DNA of 64,000 nt from a virus. The translations under genes and the position numbers were made by a program. Below, one piece after another: positions 27,237 through 37,347 of the stretch. Location: the IMG/VR virus record IMGVR_UViG_3300022539_000562; one strand, given 5' to 3'. The notes beneath the pieces were generated by a model. That model was not told the origin of the DNA, did not search any database, and was given only the letters and a program-made list of their open reading frames with translations. Every line of letters begins with the position of its first letter. The first letter of the stretch is position 1.

Positions 27237-28489
27237 ACTTTTTCTACCTCTAACAAATCATTGATTGTATTGTAAGTAATCTGTTTAATATTATTGTTAG
27301 CTAAATTTATTTTTGTATGTTTAAATTCTTTTTTTATTTTTCCAAAAAATCCTTTCATATAATTTTTCCACACATATTCCATATCCCATTTTTTAGCAGT
27401 TTTTAAACACCCCTCTTTGTAATAATCAGGATTTCTTTTTAAATTTAAATAAACAATTTCCATTTTTCTAATTATATCATCAATGTCTGGTTTTTTTCTC
27501 CAACTTCCATAATATGTCATATGTATATCTTTTGTTTTTACTAACTCACCATTTATACCCGGTTCTACAATATCAGGCATTGAACTAAAATTAGTAGCAA
27601 TAACAGGAGTACCTGCTGATATACTTTCTATAAGAGGAACTCCAAATCCTTCTCCACTTGAACAATTCATTAAACAATCTATTACATTATAAATTTTATT
27701 TACTTCTACTTGGGATAAACCAATAAGACATTGCCATTTATCTATTACTGTTACATACTCATCTAATTTAAGAGTTTTTACATAATCTCTAATAGGAATA
27801 CAAGGCATTCCAAGACGAATATCATTTGTGTGTATAAATAATCTAACATTAGGATATTTTTTAACAAATTGTTTAAAAGCAAGTAACTGACTTCCAAATT
27901 CTTTTCTATCTTCATAATCTAAATTTGCTGCTACTATTCCAAATACAAAATTTCTTTTATTAAAACCTAAAGTTGTTTTTTTATTTTCTATATTAATAGG
28001 TTTAAAAATAGTACTATCAACACCAAAAGGCAAATAAGTTGCATTAATTCCTACTTTCTTAAGTTCTTTAATAGCAAATTTACTATAAGATACAGGTTTC
28101 CAACAACCTCGTAAATTATGATAGACAAATCTACTTACAGGTTGATGGTCTACTGGAAAAATTGCTATCCATTTATTTGGAAATCTTTCTCCATAATTTC
28201 TAAGAACAAAAACATCACAATGAGTAATAATAATATCACAATTAAATCTTTTAAAATAATAATCAATTATATCTTGACAATGATTCTGATATCCTGTAGG
28301 CAAAACTACAATAGGATAAAATTTATTTCTATATTTAAGAGAATAAGTAAGTGACGCTTCATTCAAACCATAATTAGAAGCCCAAATTACTTCATGATTA
28401 TTTTGTAATAATTTTACTGCCAATAATGTTCCTTGAACAGAATATCCAGTATGACAAAAAGGTGCTGTAGTTTGAAGTAATATTTTCAT
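27233..28489 (-). CDS. Glycosyltransferase family 4
   Basis: SSGEGFGVPLIESISAGTPVI. Confidence 0.9.
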   Translation of the reverse strand: MKILLQTTAPFCHTGYSVQGTLLAVKLLQNNHEVIWASNYGLNEASLTYSLKYRNKFYPIVVLPTGYQNHCQDIIDYYFKRFNCDIIITHCDVFVLRNYGERFPNKWIAIFPVDHQPVSRFVYHNLRGCWKPVSYSKFAIKELKKVGINATYLPFGVDSTIFKPINIENKKTTLGFNKRNFVFGIVAANLDYEDRKEFGSQLLAFKQFVKKYPNVRLFIHTNDIRLGMPCIPIRDYVKTLKLDEYVTVIDKWQCLIGLSQVEVNKIYNVIDCLMNCSSGEGFGVPLIESISAGTPVIATNFSSMPDIVEPGINGELVKTKDIHMTYYGSWRKKPDIDDIIRKMEIVYLNLKRNPDYYKEGCLKTAKKWDMEYVWKNYMKGFFGKIKKEFKHTKINLANNNIKQITYNTINDLLEVEKV

Positions 28490-28749
28490 TATTCCCCTTC
28501 TTTTAATACATTTATACTTTTTTTTATTTTAGATAATTGTTTAAAAAATACAGTTCCTGAAACTTTAGCAAAAAGTGTAAAATCTCTTCCTCTTCCTACA
28601 TTTAATCCAGCTTTATAATGACTACCTCTTTGTCTGATAAGAATTTCTCCACCATTTACAAATTGTCCACTAGAATGTTTTATTCCTAAACGCTTTGAAC
28701 TGCTTTCTCTTCCATTGCGTGATGTACTTTTGCCTCTTGTTTTTGCCAT
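28489..28749 (-). CDS. rpmA: 50S ribosomal protein bL27
   Basis: RNGRES..KRLGIK..GQFV..GEILIRQRG....G.NVGRGRDFTLFA...G.V.F. Confidence 0.95.
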   Translation of the reverse strand: MAKTRGKSTSRNGRESSSKRLGIKHSSGQFVNGGEILIRQRGSHYKAGLNVGRGRDFTLFAKVSGTVFFKQLSKIKKSINVLKEGE

Positions 28750-28877
28750 TTATTTTTCCTTTATAAATTTTGCATAAAAATAATCTTCTACAAACATATA
28801 TAATAATACTGAAATTGTTATTGTAAGCCATCCAAATAAAATACCAGCAAACATCCACCAAAATTCATTCCAATTCA

Positions 28878-29435
28878 TTATTTTACTTCCTTTCTTAATT
28901 TTAATATTACAAATGGTTTTCTTACACTAGTATTAAATCGTTCTGCACTTTCAAGTGCTAATTTTATTCTATCTTCAGATTTTAAAGAAGCATTCTTTGT
29001 AGAATAAAGACTACCCAAAGCAATATCTGCTCCACAACCAACACTAATAAAGTTATCAACCATTTCACCAACTTGATAATCACTATCAATAATAAATAAT
29101 CTACCTTTAAAACCAACCAAAAATGTTCCACCTTTTTCTGCTTTATTCTTTTCTTGTGCAAAACCACCTTCTTTTAAACATTTTCTTACTTTATTTATAA
29201 ATGTAGTCACCATGTAATTGTATAAATCTGTATCACCATAAAACTTAGGTGGTGTAAAACCATATCTTAAAAGTTGTCCCATTCTAAAACTGCCAGTAAA
29301 TCCCATAATATAACCTTCATTTATAAATATTTTTTCATCTGCCCTAACAAATAAACTATATCCACTAATTCCTGCACTATCACCACCCATATAAATATCA
29401 CCATTCTTATCTAATAATCCCACTATACAAGTCAT
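28878..29435 (-). CDS. HslV/proteasome-like Ntn hydrolase
   Basis: MTCIVG..GGDSAG; KIF; SVGCG; Thr2 nucleophile. Confidence 0.8.
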   Translation of the reverse strand: MTCIVGLLDKNGDIYMGGDSAGISGYSLFVRADEKIFINEGYIMGFTGSFRMGQLLRYGFTPPKFYGDTDLYNYMVTTFINKVRKCLKEGGFAQEKNKAEKGGTFLVGFKGRLFIIDSDYQVGEMVDNFISVGCGADIALGSLYSTKNASLKSEDRIKLALESAERFNTSVRKPFVILKLRKEVK

Positions 29436-29744
29436 TTACTCCTCCTCTATAATAATTAAAAAATTAATAGGATAATTCTTAAAGGTAATTCTCATTACAG
29501 GTATCTTTTCTGTATCAATAGCATGTTTAACTAAATTTTTAAGGTCTTCTAATTTAATACTAATACTTTTCTTACTAGTAAATTTATCCTGTATGAGTAA
29601 TTTATTAGTTCTTACATCTTCTTTGTATCCAGAAAAAGCACCACTACCTGCTTGTTTTTTGCCTTTGTATTTTTTAGCAGTTTTATTTTCTTGGTCTTTA
29701 TAATCTTTAGTCATCATCCAACGAGGATATTTCATTTTTTTCAT
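29436..29744 (-). CDS. Hjc-like PD-(D/E)XK nuclease
   Basis: GSGA..KEDV..LIQDKFTSKKSISIK. Confidence 0.6.
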   Translation of the reverse strand: MKKMKYPRWMMTKDYKDQENKTAKKYKGKKQAGSGAFSGYKEDVRTNKLLIQDKFTSKKSISIKLEDLKNLVKHAIDTEKIPVMRITFKNYPINFLIIIEEE

Positions 29745-30682
29745 ATTATAACTCCTCTTTTTAATTCACAATGATATATCATTTTTGAATCCATACTAAA
29801 AATCATAATTTTAAATGGAACATCCCAATAATTTTTACTCAATATTTCTAATATATATTTCATTTTATTATCCTCATTTGAACCAGAATAATAATACTTT
29901 TTTACTTCAAAATCTATATATATTATATTCCCATCATCAACCATTCCTATTTTATTTATTAATTTCATATTTAAAGAAAGGAAAGTTAAAAAATTTGCTA
30001 TTTCCTTTCTTCTTTTTTTCACTACTTTATATACCATAAATTCGCTATTAATAGTATGAGTATATACTGATTGTTTTTTCATTCTATTCATATTCTCTTA
30101 AAAGCATCCAATTATTATCATAAATTTTAATATTAAGAGGAATTTCCTTATATTTATGTTGCAATATTTGTGCTACTTTTTTTATTCTATTCCCATCATA
30201 AAGAATAAATTTATCTATCATAAAATGTATATATGTATTATTACCACTAGTAGTCATTTTTGTTTCCATAATTAATTTATCATTAGAAACAATTAAATGT
30301 AAAAAATTTTTTATTTCGTTTCTTTTTTCTTTTATTTTTTTCATTATCTTCTATCAAAACTGCTAAAACTTTCATATTGATTACCTTTTGTATTCTGAAT
30401 GTGAATTATAAAAAAAATATTATTATACTTTTCATAAAGTATATTTCCTACTTGTTTTATTTTATTACTCAATATGCTATTGTAATTATTCATACTAAAT
30501 ACAATTAAAATATATTTCTCTCTATTGTGCATCAATATATTCTTTATTGATTTCATATTGCGAGAAATCAAAACTAAAAAATTTGCTATTTCTTCTTTGT
30601 TTTCTTTTGTTATTTTGTATATTAAAAATCCATCACTAACACTATCATTATATACGAATTGTTTTTTCACTTTATTCATCAA
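29741..30682 (-). other. Three tandem paralogous small CDSs (29741-30091, 30084-30344, 30344-30682)
   Basis: Shared K..EI.NFL..I..N.K.I motif and C-terminal IL..KY...F.I. Confidence 0.65.
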
Positions 30683-30765
30683 CTTTCATTATTGAAATAG
30701 TAAAATAATTTGTACTATTAAACAAATAAAAATAAGTATTCCTATTTTAACTAAATCTATTTCCA

Positions 30766-31755
30766 TTATATATCCTTAATATATTTAATCCCTTTTTTAA
30801 TTTCTTCATTTAATGTATTAATTAAATCTTTATTTTTCATAATTTCTTTTCTTAATTTTTTAATACCATGATATTTTGTTCCCTTGTATTCATACCATCC
30901 AGCTGATTTGCTTTTAATATATCCTAAATCTAAAGCAACTTGTATATACTGTGGAGCATTATCTATACTACCATCATAATAAAATGGAAAACTACAAGTT
31001 TGCTGTGGAGGAGCAACTTTACTTTTAGTTATATCACAAACTACATAATGTCCTATTCTTTTTTTCTTGTATTCTATCCATTGACCTCTTTTAACTTTTA
31101 TCATTATTGTACTAATAAAATCTAATCCTCTACCTCCTGGTCTTGTATATGGACTGCCATATAATATTCCTATTTTTTCTCTTACTTGATTAATCATAAA
31201 AATAATAGTATTTTTATTAACAGCAATAAGTTTTCTAAGTGCTTTATTCATCATCCTTGCAGCAACACCCATTTGTTGGTCTTCCATTTTGCTTTCTAAT
31301 TCTACAAGAGGTACTAAACTTGCTATACTATCTAATACAACTATTGAAAACATATCTGGTACTACAAGACTTTCCATTATATCTAATGCTTCTTCTCCAT
31401 AACTTGGTTCACTAATATATAATTCTTTATTATTTACTCCTAATTTTGTAGCCCAATTTTTATCATAAGTTTTTTCAGTATCTATAAAAGCACATTTTTC
31501 TCCTCTTTTTTGAGCAGCAGCAATAGTTTTAAGAGAAAGTAGTGTTTTTCCACTATTAAAAGTTCCATATACTTGAATAAGTCTTCCTCTTGGTATTCCA
31601 CCACCTAATATATAATCAAGTATAGGAATACCAGTACTAACTACCTCATACTTCATATCACTTGCTCTCATAAGTACTTTTTTTCCAAACTTTTTATTCA
31701 GTACTGTAATTAATTCATCTATATCCATAAGCAATAATTTACCAATATCTGACAT
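30766..31755 (-). CDS. recA: RecA recombinase
   Basis: STG..LD..LGGGIPRG; GTFNSGKT; VLDSIASL; INQVREKIG; PGGRGL. Confidence 0.95.
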   Translation of the reverse strand: MSDIGKLLLMDIDELITVLNKKFGKKVLMRASDMKYEVVSTGIPILDYILGGGIPRGRLIQVYGTFNSGKTLLSLKTIAAAQKRGEKCAFIDTEKTYDKNWATKLGVNNKELYISEPSYGEEALDIMESLVVPDMFSIVVLDSIASLVPLVELESKMEDQQMGVAARMMNKALRKLIAVNKNTIIFMINQVREKIGILYGSPYTRPGGRGLDFISTIMIKVKRGQWIEYKKKRIGHYVVCDITKSKVAPPQQTCSFPFYYDGSIDNAPQYIQVALDLGYIKSKSAGWYEYKGTKYHGIKKLRKEIMKNKDLINTLNEEIKKGIKYIKDI

Positions 31756-34700
31756 TATTTTAACTCCTTTAGTTTCTTTATCTTATTCCCTGCTTTTGAA
31801 TTAAAAACTAATCCACCCCTATCATTTTTCTCAAGATGCATAGCATATATTTCTCCTACTTCTAAATATTCTTTATACTTTTTAGTAGCATCAGACCAAA
31901 AAATAACATTCTTGGCTATTTCATTTTCATCTGAAAGTTTAAGAAAAGTCATTATTTTGCCTTTTTTAGTTATCCAAAAATGATAATTCTCTATAACAGT
32001 AGCAAAAGAATAACTACTTCTTATAAATACTTTTTTTCTATCTGATAAAGTTTTAAGATTATATTTTTTAATTATTGTTCTGTATTTATCAAAAAGATTT
32101 TCAAAAAGTCTACAATTTTTAATCTTTTTATCTAATACAAACATTTCAGAAGCATATACTCTATCTTTTTCTTTTAAAACTTTTCCTATTATACTTACAG
32201 GTTTATTCATACCTTCTTCTAACATCCAAACCTTATATTTTTCAAATACTTCTGGTTTCATATTGACAGAAATAACTCCTTGTCCATTAGATATACTTAG
32301 ATTACAATACATCCTTTCTGATTCTTTTGCACTAAATAATGTACTACCTTTTACATTTTTTACTGTTTCTTTATATTTTTTTGAATTAATACTCACAATA
32401 ATACCTGATATAACAACTAAATCTCTTGCACATTCTATTACTTTTACATAATTTTTTATATAATATTGTTTATAAAAATTACTTAAATTACTAATAAAAT
32501 TTTGCTCAATCTTTCTCCATTTAGAAAAATTAATTAACTTTTTGATTACATCAGTAGAATATTCTTCTTTCATTGGTTTTGTATTTGCAACTTCATCTAT
32601 AATTGTTATTTTCTTTTTTAATAAATCATCTAAATTATTTAAAGTTTCTATTTCATTTGGAAACCAACATTTAAAAACACCTGCTTTAATTAAATTTTTA
32701 ATTCTTGCTGAATTTACTGTTCTTCGTTCAATTTTATCTAAAAAATCTATCCAATCTTTAAAAGTTTGTTTTTCAATAATGTGATTACTTGCTCTATTGC
32801 CCATCCCCATGATTTGATTAAAACCTTGTCTAATAGCATTTTTCTCGATAGAATATTCAATTGTAGATTTATTTATATCAGGTGGTAAAATTTCTATACC
32901 ATATCTATTGCACTCTTGTAACAAGTTTTGTTCATTCTTTTTATCTACTATTAAATTGCTAATTAAAAATTCTAATGGATAATAAACTTTTAAATACATA
33001 TTAATATATCCTAACAATGAATAAGCAACAGCATGTGCTTTATTAAAAGTCCAACTTCCATAATGCATATATCCTCTGTACATATTGCTTGCAGTTATTC
33101 TTGGAATACCCTTCTTAACAGCATTTTCAATAAATTTATCTTGCTTATCCAAAAAATATTCTGCACCTAAAGTTTTACTTATTGCCTGTCTAATTTGCGA
33201 TATTTCTATCCAATTAAAATTGCCTATATTAGATAAAATTTCCATTAGTTGTTCTTGAAAAATTACTTCACCATAAGTAGATTTTAAAATATGTTCTATA
33301 TCAGGATGTTCATATTTAATTTTTTTTCTACCTTTTTGTACATCTATATATCTTTTAGTAGCACCAGAACCAAGAGTTCCAGGTCTAGAAATAGCATTAG
33401 CATGTGCTAAATGTTCAAATTTAGTGATTTCCATATTATTACATAATTTACGAAAAGCATATGTATCAAATTGAAAAATACCAATAGTATTTGCTTTATC
33501 AAATTCTTTTATTATTTTTTTATCATCTAACTTTAAATTATATACATCTATATCCTTATTGTGTCTTTTCTTAATTAAATCTAAAGTTTTTTGTATAATA
33601 GTAAGATTAGATAATCCTAATACATCGAGTTTAAGAAGATTTAATTCTCCTTCTTTACTATCATTCTTATCAAATGGTATTGCTGTTCCTAAATTAGTTC
33701 TTATTAAACCACAATATTCAGTTAAATCTTGTAGCGAAATTATTAAACCAGCAGCATGAACACCATGATGTCGTACTCGTCCTTCTAATTTTTGTGCTAC
33801 TTTTATTACTTGTGGATATTTATTGGCAAATATTTTTGCTTCTTTAAATGTTTTAATACTATCTTCTATTGTAAATGTCTGATGTGTTTTTGCGAAAGAC
33901 CCTTGTAAAATATATTTAGTGATTTTATTTGCTTCTTTAAGCGGAACATCAAATACTCTACACACATCTTTTAATACAGCTCTACCTTTTAAAAGAGAAT
34001 GCGTAATCATATGTGCTACATGATTTTTGCCATATTTTCTTTTTAAATATTCTTTAATTTCATGTCTTCGGTTATCTTGAAAATCTATGTCAATATCAGG
34101 CAAATCATCTCTACTTGGTGAAATAAATCTAAAAAACAATAAATTATGTTTTATTGGGTCAACATTTGTTATATTTAAGCAATAAGCAAGTAATGAACTT
34201 GCAACAGAACCACGTGCTGTACCTACCATAATTATTTGTGATTTTGCCCACTTAATTAAATCCCAGACAATTAAAAAATATTTTTCAAACTGTAAACTTG
34301 TTATTAAATCATATTCTTCTTTAAGTCGTTTTAAATATTCCTTTTTTTGATGCAAATTTTTGTTTTTTAAACCCTGAAAAGATAAATACCAAAGCCATTC
34401 TTTATAATTATTAAATTTTTTTGGTAAAAATAAACTAGGAAGCATTTTATGTATGCTAGGTATTTTAAAATCTATATTGATTTTATTGGCAATTTTTAAA
34501 GTATTATTCATTGCTTCTTTAATAATTTTATCACTTATTTTAGAATGATATTTTTTACAAGTATCAATCATTTCATCTGCTGTTTTTAAATATATTCCTT
34601 CCAAATCAAAAATTGTTCTATTTTTATCATAGTATTTTTCTTTATATCCTATACAATGCATAACATCTCTTACCCATGAATCATTTTGATTAAGATAATG

Positions 34701-35399
34701 TATATCATTTGTTAGCACAAGAGGAAGTTTATATCTTTTACTTAATTCTATTAAAGATAAATTAACCATTCTTTGTGCATCCATATTATGTGGTTGTAAT
34801 TCTAAATAATAATCATCTTTAAATAATTTTTTCATAAATTTAATATGCTTATCTATCTTAACAAAATTATTATTCTGTATATTATAACCTAAAAAACCAT
34901 CTCCACAACCAGACAAAGCAATTAAATTACTAGTTTGAATTTGATTAAGATAATCCCAAGAAATTCTTGGTTTATAATAAAAATGATTTTCATCATTAGC
35001 ATAACTAATTAATTTGCAAAGTTCTTTAAAACCCTCATAATTTTTTGTAAGTAATACAAGATGATATACTGTTTGTTTTATAGTCCTAAATCCTTGTTTT
35101 TTCTCTTCATCTACAACTTGAATGCCTTTTGTATTAGCATCTTGAACTACATAAAATTCACAACCAAGAATTGGTTTAATATTTTTTTCTTTACAATTTT
35201 TATAAAATCTCCATAATCCAGAAATACTAGCATGGTCTGTAAGAGCAAGTGCTTTAAAACCTAATTGATGTGCTTTTTCAACTAATTCTTTGGGTTTAGG
35301 AATAGCATCGAATAAACTAAAATGTGAGTGACAATGTAAATGTACAAAATCTTTATTTTTCATTATTTCATATTCCAATGTTTTTTTTACCCTGTCCAA
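31755..35399 (-). CDS. dnaE: DNA polymerase III alpha subunit (C-family, with PHP domain)
   Basis: HLHCHSHFS; TDH; RGSVASSL; PDIDIDF; HAAG; LKLDVLGL; FNKAHAVAY. Confidence 0.97.
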   Translation of the reverse strand: MDRVKKTLEYEIMKNKDFVHLHCHSHFSLFDAIPKPKELVEKAHQLGFKALALTDHASISGLWRFYKNCKEKNIKPILGCEFYVVQDANTKGIQVVDEEKKQGFRTIKQTVYHLVLLTKNYEGFKELCKLISYANDENHFYYKPRISWDYLNQIQTSNLIALSGCGDGFLGYNIQNNNFVKIDKHIKFMKKLFKDDYYLELQPHNMDAQRMVNLSLIELSKRYKLPLVLTNDIHYLNQNDSWVRDVMHCIGYKEKYYDKNRTIFDLEGIYLKTADEMIDTCKKYHSKISDKIIKEAMNNTLKIANKINIDFKIPSIHKMLPSLFLPKKFNNYKEWLWYLSFQGLKNKNLHQKKEYLKRLKEEYDLITSLQFEKYFLIVWDLIKWAKSQIIMVGTARGSVASSLLAYCLNITNVDPIKHNLLFFRFISPSRDDLPDIDIDFQDNRRHEIKEYLKRKYGKNHVAHMITHSLLKGRAVLKDVCRVFDVPLKEANKITKYILQGSFAKTHQTFTIEDSIKTFKEAKIFANKYPQVIKVAQKLEGRVRHHGVHAAGLIISLQDLTEYCGLIRTNLGTAIPFDKNDSKEGELNLLKLDVLGLSNLTIIQKTLDLIKKRHNKDIDVYNLKLDDKKIIKEFDKANTIGIFQFDTYAFRKLCNNMEITKFEHLAHANAISRPGTLGSGATKRYIDVQKGRKKIKYEHPDIEHILKSTYGEVIFQEQLMEILSNIGNFNWIEISQIRQAISKTLGAEYFLDKQDKFIENAVKKGIPRITASNMYRGYMHYGSWTFNKAHAVAYSLLGYINMYLKVYYPLEFLISNLIVDKKNEQNLLQECNRYGIEILPPDINKSTIEYSIEKNAIRQGFNQIMGMGNRASNHIIEKQTFKDWIDFLDKIERRTVNSARIKNLIKAGVFKCWFPNEIETLNNLDDLLKKKITIIDEVANTKPMKEEYSTDVIKKLINFSKWRKIEQNFISNLSNFYKQYYIKNYVKVIECARDLVVISGIIVSINSKKYKETVKNVKGSTLFSAKESERMYCNLSISNGQGVISVNMKPEVFEKYKVWMLEEGMNKPVSIIGKVLKEKDRVYASEMFVLDKKIKNCRLFENLFDKYRTIIKKYNLKTLSDRKKVFIRSSYSFATVIENYHFWITKKGKIMTFLKLSDENEIAKNVIFWSDATKKYKEYLEVGEIYAMHLEKNDRGGLVFNSKAGNKIKKLKELK

Positions 35400-35908
35400 A
35401 TATATTTTTTAAAAGTTCCATTTTTTATTTCTTTTAAGTGTTGTTTTAATGCTTCAATTCCATTAGCATAACCTATACAAGCATGAGCCATCATTAAGTT
35501 TAACTTTCTATACATTACATTAGAATAAGCAAGTATAGGAGTTTTAACTTGATAAGCAATTCCCATTTCAAATGCAACACTACAATCCCAATCATCTATT
35601 ATAGCCAATACAAAATCTGCATTTTTTACTTCTTTTATATTTCTATTAAATGCTTTTTGACGTTCTTTGAAAGAATCAAAATTTACAATAAGATTATCAT
35701 CTTTTGGACTAAATACTTCAAATCCAAAATGTTCACATAATAATTTAAGAGTATCTACTAACTTCTGTTGCTTGTCATTAAAAAATGGAGCAACAAGATA
35801 AATTCTTTTTTTACTTTCCTTTTTTACTTCTATATTCATACCACTAAATAAATCTTTTGTTTTTATTTTTTTCTTTTTTTCTGTTAATACAATATTTTCT
35901 TTATTCAT
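35387..35908 (-). CDS. Nucleoside 2'-deoxyribosyltransferase / nucleotide N-hydrolase family
   Basis: IYLVAPFF; FSP; AD.VLA.ID; AFEMG.A...TP. Confidence 0.85.
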   Translation of the reverse strand: MNKENIVLTEKKKKIKTKDLFSGMNIEVKKESKKRIYLVAPFFNDKQQKLVDTLKLLCEHFGFEVFSPKDDNLIVNFDSFKERQKAFNRNIKEVKNADFVLAIIDDWDCSVAFEMGIAYQVKTPILAYSNVMYRKLNLMMAHACIGYANGIEALKQHLKEIKNGTFKKYIWTG

Positions 35909-36134
35909 TTTTTCTCCTTTTTTATTATTTAATTTTACTTACTAGTTGGTGATTGCATTTTATAATCGTCAATTATTCCTTTCTCTGTCTTATCTAAAAA
36001 AAATCTTAATGTAGAAAGACTTAATTTAAGTTCTTCTGCAAATTCAGCTTCAGACATATAACCTCTATAGAAACTAATTAATAATTCAAAGAACTGTTCT
36101 ATTTTCATTTTTTCTCCTTTTCTAATAATTTTAT

Positions 36135-36347
36135 TTATCTAATACTTCCTCTTTGTGTCACTAAAGATAATTCATTTAATTGCTTTGCTATTTTATTAAT
36201 ATCTGCTTTTTCATAAACCACTAATTGTTGAATAGTTATAGGTTTTGAATAATTCTTTAATATATTTTTCATTTCAATTTCTAAATCAAATGTTTTTGTT
36301 TTTAATTTAGATATATCTTTTTTTATTTTTTCTAGTTCTTTTTCCAT
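36135..36347 (-). CDS. Hypothetical protein
   Basis: GGAG SD, 70 aa. Confidence 0.5.
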   Translation of the reverse strand: MEKELEKIKKDISKLKTKTFDLEIEMKNILKNYSKPITIQQLVVYEKADINKIAKQLNELSLVTQRGSIR

Positions 36348-36415
36348 TTTTCTCCCTCAAAATAGTTTAGGTTTATTATTTATGTTTCATAAAATACCAA
36401 TAATTCATCTTAGTA

Positions 36416-37324
36416 TCATAATAATAATCTTCTTCCTATTTCAGTTATTACATTTGTAGTTACTGCATTACCCAACATTTTATATCTCTGTGTATCACTT
36501 ACTCCCTCTGTCCAACCATCAGGGAAACCTTGCAGTCTTTCACATTCTGTTGGAGTTAATCTTCTAATTTTAGAATCTTCAATCATTGGAATATGATGTC
36601 CACCACTTGAAGTTGGTATAGTAGGACTTATTCCTTTTTTGTTATATGTTCTATATGCTTGTCCTCCATCTCTGATTTTTTCAAGAACATAGGTTTCATT
36701 GGAAAATCCTGTGGAATAGTTTGTCCGGAGTGTATTACTAACTTGTTCTGAAAATTTTTGCTTCTTGTCATTATTAAATTCATTTGTATTTCTGAAAGGA
36801 AATACTTTTGGTCTACTTGTTCCTCTAATATGTCCAATAATGAACACTCTTTCCCTATTCTGTGGGACTCCGAAATTCTTGCTGTTAAGCACCTGCCATT
36901 GAAGGTCATACCCCAATTCATCAAGGGTTGAGAGCATAATCTTGAAGGTTCTTCCTTTGTCGTGTGACAAAAGTCCTTTGACATTTTCAAGAAGTAAATA
37001 TCTTGGTTTTTTGGCATTGAGTATCCTTGCGATATCAAAGAAGAGAGTGCCTCGTGTATCTTCAAATCCTTTTCTGTGCCCAGCAATTGAGAAAGCTTGG
37101 CAAGGAAATCCTGCTGTGAGTAAGTCGTGATTGGGGACTTCAGTAGCTTCAATTGTTCTGATGTCTCTTGTATCTGGTTTTTCTCCAAAGTTTTTTTCAT
37201 AGATTTTGACTGCGTATTTATTCCATTCATTTGCCCAAACATATTCATATTTTCCTGTTTTTTCAAGCCCATATCTAAATCCACCTATACCTGCAAAAAG
37301 TTCTACTAATTTTATATTTTTCAT
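36416..37324 (-). CDS. C5 cytosine DNA methyltransferase
   Basis: LFAGIGG; GFPCQAFS; ENVKG; PQNRER; LTPTECERLQGFP; GNAV. Confidence 0.95.
   Translation of the reverse strand: MKNIKLVELFAGIGGFRYGLEKTGKYEYVWANEWNKYAVKIYEKNFGEKPDTRDIRTIEATEVPNHDLLTAGFPCQAFSIAGHRKGFEDTRGTLFFDIARILNAKKPRYLLLENVKGLLSHDKGRTFKIMLSTLDELGYDLQWQVLNSKNFGVPQNRERVFIIGHIRGTSRPKVFPFRNTNEFNNDKKQKFSEQVSNTLRTNYSTGFSNETYVLEKIRDGGQAYRTYNKKGISPTIPTSSGGHHIPMIEDSKIRRLTPTECERLQGFPDGWTEGVSDTQRYKMLGNAVTTNVITEIGRRLLL
36628..37284 (-). CDS. Nested alternative-frame ORF inside the C5 MTase (possible beta-type subunit)
   Basis: 218 codons without a stop; contains SLLDILEEQVDQKYFLSE. Confidence 0.45.
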   Translation of the reverse strand: MDLDMGLKKQENMNMFGQMNGINTQSKSMKKTLEKNQIQETSEQLKLLKSPITTYSQQDFLAKLSQLLGTEKDLKIHEALSSLISQGYSMPKNQDIYFLKMSKDFCHTTKEEPSRLCSQPLMNWGMTFNGRCLTARISESHRIGKECSLLDILEEQVDQKYFLSEIQMNLIMTRSKNFQNKLVIHSGQTIPQDFPMKPMFLKKSEMEDKHIEHITKKE

Positions 37325-37347
37325 TTTTCATTCTCTTAATAAAATTT

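Noticed and set aside
30766-35399. Alternative genetic code, or Ile/Leu codon swap implied by the odd tRNAs
   Set aside because: Conserved Ile and Leu positions in RecA and DnaE translate normally (PDIDIDF, LKLDVLGL), long ORFs are uninterrupted, TAG and TGA act as stops, and no suppressor tRNA was found
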